In this document: piece by piece, positions 56,644 to 64,000 of the stretch
Layout: each line of letters opens with the position of its first letter
Numbering within the stretch: the stretch's first letter is position 1
Notes under the pieces: generated by a model
The model's database searches: none
What the model saw: only the letters and a program-made list of their open reading frames with translations
What the model was told of the DNA's origin: nothing
Source: Reclinomonas americana ATCC 50394
Lineage: Eukaryota
DNA length: 64,000 nt
Reading direction: 5' to 3'
Assembly (NCBI GenBank): GCA_048213135.1
Contig: PS015009.1
Coordinates: forward strand, 310,001 to 374,000
Position numbers and translations under genes: made by a program

Positions 56644-56991
56644 TTACTCACTACTAATATTCCGTTTTGCTTCTTCGAGTTTTTTATTGATCTGGCCGGT
56701 GAGGATATGCCAGAACATCACGAAGTCGGAGCCCAGGCTATAGAGGGGGTAAGTAAATGTGGCGGGTTTGTTCTTCTCTATAAAATAATGTCCCACCCAC
56801 GCAAAACCGTATCCGCAAACCGGTATCAGCGCCAGCATCCACCATTTCTGCAGGGCAATGGCCAGGATCAGTATAACAATCAGTCCTGCTGTTCCTAAAA
56901 AATGCAACACCCGGTTGGTGCCATCGGCATGTTCGGTAAGGTAATAGGGATAAAATGACCAGAAGGTTTGATACTTTTTTTCGGTTGACAT
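56644..56991 (-). CDS. DUF962/Mpo1-like membrane protein
   Basis: FYPYYL.EH, R.LH..GT, GYGFAWVGH..IEKNKPATF.YP. Confidence 0.88.
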   Translation of the reverse strand: MSTEKKYQTFWSFYPYYLTEHADGTNRVLHFLGTAGLIVILILAIALQKWWMLALIPVCGYGFAWVGHYFIEKNKPATFTYPLYSLGSDFVMFWHILTGQINKKLEEAKRNISSE

Positions 56992-57011
56992 GGGAAACTG
57001 TTTCCAGAAAA

Positions 57012-57620
57012 TTACGAAATCTTCTTCACTTCCACATTTTGCAGATCACCGAGGCGGTACAGCACTTCATCCAGCCGGTTCATGGGTACACCTGCATGAA
57101 TATGGCAGAACAACTGCATATCCTGCCGTATGATATTACAGTTGAATTGTTTCAGTACCATCATCACATCATTTACCTGTGTATAATCAAACTGTATGTC
57201 ATACACCACTTCCACCTGTTTCTGTATGATGGGCGTTACCTGCAAAGCCAGGCTGGTTGAAGTTTTGTAGGCATTGATAAGCCCGGGTACACCGAGCAGC
57301 GTTCCCCCGAAATAGCGCACCACCACCACCAGTACATTGGTAAGCTGTTTGCTGTCGATCTGCCCCAGAATAGGACGGCCCGCCGATCCGGAAGGTTCAC
57401 CGTCATCACTTACCCGGAACTGGTTACCGTCGGTGCCAATGCGGTAGGCAAAGCAATGATGCACTGCCTTGGGATGTTCCTTTTTCAGCGATTGCAGTTT
57501 TTCTTTGAATTCTTCAACAGAAGATAATGGAAAAGCGTAGGCGATAAACCGGCTGCCCCTGTCCTTAAATTCAGCGGAGGCTTCCTGGGAAATGGTATAA
57601 TAAAAATCAGTTGTGCTCAT
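57012..57620 (-). CDS. YigZ/IMPACT family protein
   Basis: SRFIA, H.C.AY, DDGEPSGSAG.P, VVRYFGG.LLG..GL..AY. Confidence 0.93.
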   Translation of the reverse strand: MSTTDFYYTISQEASAEFKDRGSRFIAYAFPLSSVEEFKEKLQSLKKEHPKAVHHCFAYRIGTDGNQFRVSDDGEPSGSAGRPILGQIDSKQLTNVLVVVVRYFGGTLLGVPGLINAYKTSTSLALQVTPIIQKQVEVVYDIQFDYTQVNDVMMVLKQFNCNIIRQDMQLFCHIHAGVPMNRLDEVLYRLGDLQNVEVKKIS

Positions 57621-57645
57621 GTAAGTGAATGCAATGCGTAAATAA

Positions 57646-58518
57646 TTACCCGAAGGCGATCAGGGCAATGGCGGCAAGGGAAAGGGCGATGCCTGCCCAG
57701 TTAACAGCGGTCAGTTTTTCCCTGAACAGCAGCCAGGCCACCACCGAGCTGAACAGCACGATACCCATATTGTTGACCGGTATACTCTGGCTGCTCTGCA
57801 AAGGACTGCTCTTTAAAAACTTCACCAGGCACCAGATGGAAAAATAATTGGGAATGCCGATCAGGATGCCGGCCGCCAGGTTTTTGAATGCAAACTGTTG
57901 CTTCTTCCTGGCATACTGCACCAGCAGAATGATGGTGCCGATAGTGGCCGCGGAAAGGAAGCCTGCAATCAGGAACGCATTACTCGTTTCGGCAGTTACA
58001 TGTTTTTGTTGCACATGGTTGATGAGCGCATCCAGTAAACCACTGCCGATGAAAAGAACGACAGGAAAAATGTATTTACTTCCACCAGCAGTACCATCTC
58101 CACCCTGGCCGGGCTGGTAACAGGTGAGTACCACCGCCAGCAACGCCAGCACAATACCCGCTATCTTCCAGCCCTGCAGCACTTCGTTGTACAGGTACAC
58201 AGACAGAACAACAGGGATGATAAGTGATAATTTATTCGCTACAGAAGCAACGGCGACACCATTCTTCTGCGCCGTTATGCCTACGATATTGAATATGGAA
58301 ATGAACATACCTCCCATGAGGCAGGCCCAGCGGAACCAGGGCTGATCAGCTGAACTAGTATGTATCGGAAAAGAACCATTCACTACAGATCCGGTGATGA
58401 CGCAGGTGATGTAATTAAAAACGATCGCCTGGAAAATGCTGATCCCCATTCGCTGGCAGGCTTTAAAAGCCAGGGTAAGGTAACTGCTTAAAACAATGCT
58501 TCCTAAAAGATATATCAT
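57646..58518 (-). CDS. DMT/EamA family transporter
   Basis: About 10 TM segments in two repeats. Confidence 0.8.
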   Translation of the reverse strand: MIYLLGSIVLSSYLTLAFKACQRMGISIFQAIVFNYITCVITGSVVNGSFPIHTSSADQPWFRWACLMGGMFISIFNIVGITAQKNGVAVASVANKLSLIIPVVLSVYLYNEVLQGWKIAGIVLALLAVVLTCYQPGQGGDGTAGGSKYIFPVVLFIGSGLLDALINHVQQKHVTAETSNAFLIAGFLSAATIGTIILLVQYARKKQQFAFKNLAAGILIGIPNYFSIWCLVKFLKSSPLQSSQSIPVNNMGIVLFSSVVAWLLFREKLTAVNWAGIALSLAAIALIAFG

Positions 58519-58529
58519 GTATTCAATCG

Positions 58530-59570
58530 TTAATGGTGCAGGTAAAAATGGATGATATCCTCACCTGCTGTTATAGTTTGTTTCTGCCTGGCCTGTGACA
58601 GTTGCGGCGCTTGCAGCCCTTCCCCTATCTCCATTGCAGGATTGACAATGACACGGGTCTCATCCCAAAGCCCCGCATCAATAAAGGACTGTAATAATGC
58701 GGCGCCGCCTTCTACCATGATACTTTGCACCTGTAATTCATGTAATGCCTCTAAAACCTGCGGCAATACAGGTTTTGTTTTGTCCAGCCGGTACCTGTGA
58801 TTATTCCCATTCTTTTCTTCCTTTTCCCCGTTAAAGATCAGCGTGGGAACAGTGCCATCCAGAACACGCAGGTGAGCTGGCAGCCTGTTATTCCTGTCCA
58901 GCACAACACGCAACGGATCTTTACCCGGCCACAAACGCGTGGTGAGTGAAGGGTTGTCTTTTATAGCGGTACCGGTACCTATCATGATAGCGGCTTCCTC
59001 GCTGCGCCAGCGATGAACGATGCGGTTGGCGGTGTCGCCGCTGATCAGCAAACGTTCACTGGTATGTCCCGCTATAAATCCGTCGGCGCTCTGCGCCCAT
59101 TTCAGAATTACATAAGGTCTTTGCTGCCGGTGAAAGGTAAAGAAACGTTTATTGAGTTCCGTGGCTTCGGGTTCACAAATGCCGGTTATCACTTCAATGC
59201 CTGCCGCTGTCAGTTGTTGTATGCCTTTCCCATTTACTTGTGCAAAAGGATCGGCACAACCGATCACCACCACGGGTATTTTTTCGCGGATGATCAGCTG
59301 GCTGCAGGGTGGCGTTTTACCGAAATGAGCACAGGGCTCCAGGGAAACATACATCGTACTTTGAGGAACCAGGTGCCGGTCTGCTTCGCTGACACTGTTC
59401 ACACAGTTCACTTCCGCATGGGCCTGCCCGTATTGACGGTGATATCCCTGCCCGATGATCCTGTCGTTATGTACCAGTACGGCGCCCACCATGGGGTTGG
59501 GGGCTACCCTGCCAGCGCCCAGTTGGGCCAGTTGCAGGCAGTATTGCATATATTTTTCGTGAACAGACAA
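58530..59570 (-). CDS. ribD: Riboflavin biosynthesis deaminase/reductase
   Basis: PNPMVGAV, HAEV, LEPCAHFGKTPPC, KWAQS.DG, DNPSLTTR, VEGG; start TTG 59570 (alternative ATG 59549). Confidence 0.95.
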   Translation of the reverse strand: MSVHEKYMQYCLQLAQLGAGRVAPNPMVGAVLVHNDRIIGQGYHRQYGQAHAEVNCVNSVSEADRHLVPQSTMYVSLEPCAHFGKTPPCSQLIIREKIPVVVIGCADPFAQVNGKGIQQLTAAGIEVITGICEPEATELNKRFFTFHRQQRPYVILKWAQSADGFIAGHTSERLLISGDTANRIVHRWRSEEAAIMIGTGTAIKDNPSLTTRLWPGKDPLRVVLDRNNRLPAHLRVLDGTVPTLIFNGEKEEKNGNNHRYRLDKTKPVLPQVLEALHELQVQSIMVEGGAALLQSFIDAGLWDETRVIVNPAMEIGEGLQAPQLSQARQKQTITAGEDIIHFYLHH

Positions 59571-59612
59571 GCCGCAAAAATAAGAATTGAAAAATAAACT
59601 ATGTTTGCCGGT

Positions 59613-60464
59613 ATGCCGGTAAAAGAACAATACAGGAATTTTTTAATACAACTACAGGATATTTATACCCTCAGCGAGGCTACATTGGTGGCCGATTGGG
59701 TATTTGAGAGCGTGGCCTCCGTAAAGCGGTCGGATATACTGAAACACCCCGATGAGAAGCTGCCTTCCCTCACCAAAGTAGGGCTGCAGGTGGCTTTACA
59801 GCAGTTGCTGCAGCATAAACCGGTGCAATATGTACTGGGAGAAGCCTGGTTCTATAACATGAAATTCAGGGTGAATGAACACACCCTTATACCCCGCCCC
59901 GAAACGGAAGACCTGGTGGAAGTGGTACTGCAGCACAGGAAAACCATACTGGCCGATCCTGCCATCATTGACATTGGCACCGGTTGCGGCTGCATCCCCA
60001 TCGCCATTAAAAAACATATACCCGGCGCCCGGGTTTCCGCTATCGACATCAGCGGCGAGGCGCTAGAAATAGCCCGGCAGAACGCGGAACTCCACCATAC
60101 GGAGATCAGTCTTGCGCAATGCGATTTTCTCGACGAGTCACAATGGGGCCAGTTCGGGCAGTTTGATATGATCGTCAGTAACCCGCCCTATGTGCCCCAG
60201 GCACAGAAGGAGACCATGGAAAAAAATGTGGTGGTGTATGAGCCGCATGTGGCCATTTTCGTACCCGACAACGACCCGCAGAAATTCTATAAAAAGATCA
60301 TCATTTTCGCGGCACAGCATTTATCGCCCGGCGGAAAAATATTCCTGGAGACGAGCGAGACCAATGTAAGACAAACGGCGGCACTTTTCAGCGCCGCCTA
60401 TCGTGATGTCAGTATTAAAAAGGATTTGTACGGTAAAGAACGTACAGTGATCGTATCTACTTAA
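59613..60464 (+). CDS. prmC: Release factor glutamine methyltransferase
   Basis: P.QY.LG, LIPRPETE, DIGTGCG, SNPPY; ATG 59613 preferred because ATG 59601 lies inside the -7 box. Confidence 0.95.
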   Translation: MPVKEQYRNFLIQLQDIYTLSEATLVADWVFESVASVKRSDILKHPDEKLPSLTKVGLQVALQQLLQHKPVQYVLGEAWFYNMKFRVNEHTLIPRPETEDLVEVVLQHRKTILADPAIIDIGTGCGCIPIAIKKHIPGARVSAIDISGEALEIARQNAELHHTEISLAQCDFLDESQWGQFGQFDMIVSNPPYVPQAQKETMEKNVVVYEPHVAIFVPDNDPQKFYKKIIIFAAQHLSPGGKIFLETSETNVRQTAALFSAAYRDVSIKKDLYGKERTVIVST

Positions 60465-60858
60465 TATTCGCCGCCACCCTCGCTTTCGCTTTCTTCGCAG
60501 CTTCCATAATGCGGAAGGCTTCGCCATAATAGGCAGCCGTATCCACATTCAGCACAACGGTTGGTGTATCGATCCCCTTACGGTTTTGTTCCACCTGGTA
60601 TTTAATGAGGGAGTCGATGTACAGCATATTCACTTTCTGCTGACCAATGAACACATCGTGATCTTTGGTGATGGACACCATGATCTTCTGGTTCACCTTG
60701 GTATCGCTTTTCCCTTTGGGATTGGCCACTTTAACCACATTGGGGTTGGCCAGCGTTGAAATAATGAGGAAGAACAGCAGCAGGATGAAAAGGATATCAT
60801 TCAGCGGCCCGGTATCTACCTCAGCATGATTGTCGCGTAAGCGTTTTCGTATACTCAT
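60457..60858 (-). CDS. exbD: Biopolymer transporter ExbD/TolR
   Basis: DILFILLLFFLI TM segment with conserved Asp; follows exbB. Confidence 0.88.
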   Translation of the reverse strand: MSIRKRLRDNHAEVDTGPLNDILFILLLFFLIISTLANPNVVKVANPKGKSDTKVNQKIMVSITKDHDVFIGQQKVNMLYIDSLIKYQVEQNRKGIDTPTVVLNVDTAAYYGEAFRIMEAAKKAKARVAANIK

Positions 60859-60863
60859 GGCAG

Positions 60864-61535
60864 TTACTTTGTGGGTTCCTGTAAAATATCAATGAATTCA
60901 GAACTGGCGGCTTCCATTTTATTGGCCGTCTTGTCGATCTGCGCATTCAGGTAGCTGTAGCCGAGGTAGGTTATGATACCGATGATAAGACCGGTACCGG
61001 AAGTGATCATCTTCACATAAATACCATCCGCGATCGTATTGAGTGTGTAATCGTTGCTGCTGGCAATGCCGCGGAACAACTGCACCATACCAATGATCGT
61101 ACCCAGGAAGCCGAACAGTGGAGCGATACGGGAGATGATGGAAAGTATGGACAGGTTCTTTTCCATCTTGTACATTTCCAGTTTACCTACGTTATCCATA
61201 CTTTTTTCGATGGCGTCGATGGGTTTGCCGATACGCTGTATACCTTTATCGATCATGCGGGCAACGGGGTTGTCGGTATTCTTCGACAGGCTGCGGGCCG
61301 CGCTGATATTACCGTTAATGATGTGGTCGCGGATAATGCTCATGAAGTTCTCTTCAATTTTCGATGCTTTGCGGATGGCCATCAAACGTTCGATGAAGAA
61401 ATAAATAGCAATAGCCAGCAGGAGGAACAGCGGTATCATGAGAATACCACCTTTAACCAAAATTCCGAACAGGGACTCCATTTTAACCGGGGCTGCGGTT
61501 GTTACCGAATCTGCCTGTAGTAGCGTATCAAACAT
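60864..61535 (-). CDS. exbB: MotA/TolQ/ExbB proton channel
   Basis: GG.LM.PL, APLFGFLGTIIGM, GI...MITS..GL. Confidence 0.9.
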   Translation of the reverse strand: MFDTLLQADSVTTAAPVKMESLFGILVKGGILMIPLFLLLAIAIYFFIERLMAIRKASKIEENFMSIIRDHIINGNISAARSLSKNTDNPVARMIDKGIQRIGKPIDAIEKSMDNVGKLEMYKMEKNLSILSIISRIAPLFGFLGTIIGMVQLFRGIASSNDYTLNTIADGIYVKMITSGTGLIIGIITYLGYSYLNAQIDKTANKMEAASSEFIDILQEPTK

Positions 61536-61721
61536 GTTGTGATTGGGTTTTAGGAAAAAACTAATTTTTACTGTTTATACCTTGACGGCAAATTGACAAT
61601 ATGTTCTGCATTCAGCGATAATTATGCCAATTCATTGCAAGATCAGTGAGTAAACGTTAACCGGGTTGCTGTGCAGCTTAAAGAAATGTTAATCTTACTT
61701 ATCTTATTTTTTATCATAACT

Positions 61722-61748
61722 AAAAAAGCCGCACGGGGTGCGGCTTTT
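61722..61748 (-). terminator. Intrinsic terminator after the SPFH gene
   Basis: AAAAGCCGCAC-ggg-GTGCGGCTTTT. Confidence 0.85.
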
Positions 61749-61770
61749 AGAATATTGTTGTAGCAATATT

Positions 61771-62694
61771 TTATTGCTGGCGCTGTTGCTGCATGGCCAT
61801 GATCTGCTTCATGGTCCTGTCCATACCTTCACTGCTGCCATCGAGGAAGATCACATTTCCTTTACCGTATTCAGCGAAGTTTTTGATAGCTTCCGTCCAC
61901 ATACTGAAGAGGATCACATTGGTATCGAGGTTGGCCTGTTTCATTTCTGCCGCGGCCTGGCTCATACCCTTGGCTACTTCCTCACGGAATAAAGCCACAC
62001 CCTGTCCGCGAAGCTGTGCCGCCTGTCTTTCCGCTTCCGCGGCGATCTTGATAGCGTTACCTTCGGCTTCAGCCGCTTTTGTTTTGGTAATGAGTAAAGC
62101 CTGGCCTTCATTTTCGGCGGCGGCTTTCAGGTTATTACTGGCCACCACCTTGCTCATACTGTTCATAATGGCCTCATCGAATGTAATATCGTTGATCTGC
62201 AGATCCTGCAAATGATAACCCCAGGTTTCGAGGGTTACATCCACCTGCTCTTTTACATTTTCCACAATGTCCCTTCTTACCGATAATATCTCCGCCTGCT
62301 TTTTCGTCGCTACAAAAGCACGGATACTGCCTTCCACGGTACGTACCAGCGCCTGCATGAGGTCTTTTTCGCTGATGAATTTAAATGCTACATTCTTGAT
62401 CGTTTCCTCGTCCACGTTCAATACCGAATACAGCAGCATCGATTTGAAGTAGACATTGGCCTGGTCAATGGTAACCGCCTGGAATTCCAGCTCCACGGAG
62501 CGGTTCTGTACGCTGACCCTTTTATATACCTGGTCAATAAAAGGCACTTTGAATTTGAGGCCGGGCCTGCGGATGCCGATGTACTTGCCGAAACGGGTGA
62601 TCACGGCAATGGTACCCTGGTTTACGGTAAACAAACCGCTGAATACCACCAGTATTCCAAGAATGACCCACCAATACTCTTTAATATATTCCAT
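61771..62694 (-). CDS. SPFH/band 7 domain protein
   Basis: N-terminal TM, RFGKY...PGL...P.ID, AEAE-rich coiled coil. Confidence 0.92.
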   Translation of the reverse strand: MEYIKEYWWVILGILVVFSGLFTVNQGTIAVITRFGKYIGIRRPGLKFKVPFIDQVYKRVSVQNRSVELEFQAVTIDQANVYFKSMLLYSVLNVDEETIKNVAFKFISEKDLMQALVRTVEGSIRAFVATKKQAEILSVRRDIVENVKEQVDVTLETWGYHLQDLQINDITFDEAIMNSMSKVVASNNLKAAAENEGQALLITKTKAAEAEGNAIKIAAEAERQAAQLRGQGVALFREEVAKGMSQAAAEMKQANLDTNVILFSMWTEAIKNFAEYGKGNVIFLDGSSEGMDRTMKQIMAMQQQRQQ

Positions 62695-62780
62695 AATAGT
62701 TAATTTTAATTCAAGATAATAATTTTTAGGTAGTACAAAGGAATTTGTTGTTATCATTATCGTACCATCAACTTTTTCAC

Positions 62781-63320
62781 ATGCTCAGATCATTCTTTAT
62801 TCTTGTACTGACCGGCTTCATGTTCACCGGCTGTTCCCAGAGCGGGACGAAGCCCGACAGCCTGCACAAACAAAAAAGCGCTCAATTCCTGTATGCCTGT
62901 GGCGTCAACGCCCCGGAGGCGGGTGATTATGTCAATGATTTTGTGCACATCCTTACCAAAGAACAGGTAGCGGAACTGGATGCACTGATACAGGCACACG
63001 AAAAAAGTACTTCTAACCAACTGGCTGTACTCACCGTGGATTCCGCCATGCTGGGCAACTGTAATATTAAAGATTACGGGCAAGCCATCGGCAATGCCTG
63101 GGGCGTGGGGCAGGATAAACAAAACAATGGTGTGGTGATTGTGCTGGCGCCTTCATTGCGGCAGGTATCGGTCAGCAACGGTTATGGCATCGAGGCCCGT
63201 TTATCTGACGAGGAAACACAAAAAATAATCAACGGTATAATGACGCCCGAATTTAAACAGGGCGCTTATTTTGAAGGATTGAAAAAGGGCTTGCAGGCAC
63301 TGATGGAAAAGATCAAATAA
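62781..63320 (+). CDS. TPM domain lipoprotein
   Basis: Lipobox FTGC; VND....L, WGVG....NNG, GYG.E..L.D, P.FK.G.Y. Confidence 0.85.
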   Translation: MLRSFFILVLTGFMFTGCSQSGTKPDSLHKQKSAQFLYACGVNAPEAGDYVNDFVHILTKEQVAELDALIQAHEKSTSNQLAVLTVDSAMLGNCNIKDYGQAIGNAWGVGQDKQNNGVVIVLAPSLRQVSVSNGYGIEARLSDEETQKIINGIMTPEFKQGAYFEGLKKGLQALMEKIK

Positions 63321-63323
63321 TAT

Positions 63324-64000
63324 TTAGCTGTTCTCTTCCCATATGGCAGCCAGGTGAACGATAGTCTCCGAAGCTTTGGCCATATCTTTTGTACCGATCC
63401 ACTCCAATTTGCTGTGGATGCCCTGCATGCCTGTAAAGATATTAGGGCAAGGCATCCCGATATAACTGAACCGGCTGCCGTCTGTTCCGCCGCGGATGCT
63501 TTCTTTTTTAACCGTAAGCCCGGCCCGTTGAATGGCTTCTTCAGCATAGGTTGCTACATACGGGTACTTGTCAAGCACTTCCTTCATATTCCGGTATTGT
63601 TCCTGCGCCTGGTATTCCACAGTTGCCCCGGGAAAACGGGCCACCACTTCTTCAGCGATGGCTTTCAGGCGGGCATGATGCTGCTCCAGCCCGGCAACGG
63701 TAAAATCCCTTACAATAAACTGGATCGTTGCTTTTTCCGCGATACCATTTACCGCAGTGGGATGCACAAATCCCTGCCGGCCTTCTGTTGTTTCAGGACT
63801 CCATTCATTTTCAGGAAGCGCATCAAGTACAGCACCGGCGACTTTGAGCGCATTAACGAGTTTGTCTTTGGCATAACCCGGGTGAACGATCACGCCATGG
63901 ATGGTGATCACGGCACCGTCGGCACTAAAGGTCTCATCTTCCAGGCTGCCGGCTTCACCTCCGTCGAGTGTATAACCAAACTGTGCGCCCAGTTTTTGCA
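63324..64000 (-). CDS. pepT: Peptidase T, 5'-truncated by window edge
   Basis: YTLDGG, ETFSAD, HPGYAK.K.VNA, SPETT..R.GF.H, IRGGTDG, PNIFTG...HS..E. Confidence 0.93.
   Translation of the reverse strand, partial: QKLGAQFGYTLDGGEAGSLEDETFSADGAVITIHGVIVHPGYAKDKLVNALKVAGAVLDALPENEWSPETTEGRQGFVHPTAVNGIAEKATIQFIVRDFTVAGLEQHHARLKAIAEEVVARFPGATVEYQAQEQYRNMKEVLDKYPYVATYAEEAIQRAGLTVKKESIRGGTDGSRFSYIGMPCPNIFTGMQGIHSKLEWIGTKDMAKASETIVHLAAIWEENS

Overview
Core-genome segment of a Bacteroidota bacterium, most likely Chitinophagaceae. Support: TAnnTTTG promoters, T9SS type A and type B cargo with a PorP/SprF partner, a long Bacteroidota-type SecA and an atpG detached from the atp operon. There are about 58 CDS, and I found no rRNA, tRNA, CRISPR array, transposase or prophage. 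Main modules: a YtrA/GntR-controlled double ABC-transporter operon carrying an unannotated 59-aa secreted peptide; a secreted amidohydrolase pair; two T9SS cargo genes; secA; atpG-scpB; a eukaryote-type kynurenine/3-hydroxyanthranilate catabolic cluster (ACMSD, nbaC, AMSDH, RidA-type deaminase, kynU, kmo) with gcdH-hbd nearby; an ECF sigma/anti-sigma unit; ribD/prmC, exbBD, SPFH and pepT. The most unusual signals are intergenic. (i) A four-helix-bundle (23S-IVP/bAvd-like) gene is bracketed by inverted heptamer repeats, a gene-less copy with the same ends lies 4.7 kb away, and many related heptamer arrays begin at stop codons. (ii) A ~55-nt element is shared by the upstream regions of nbaC and gcdH, ending 30 nt before each ATG. 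(iii) There are three copies of a GTCA...TGAC palindromic REP-like repeat. (iv) Several genes appear leaderless. All calls come from reading motifs by eye; no database searches were run.
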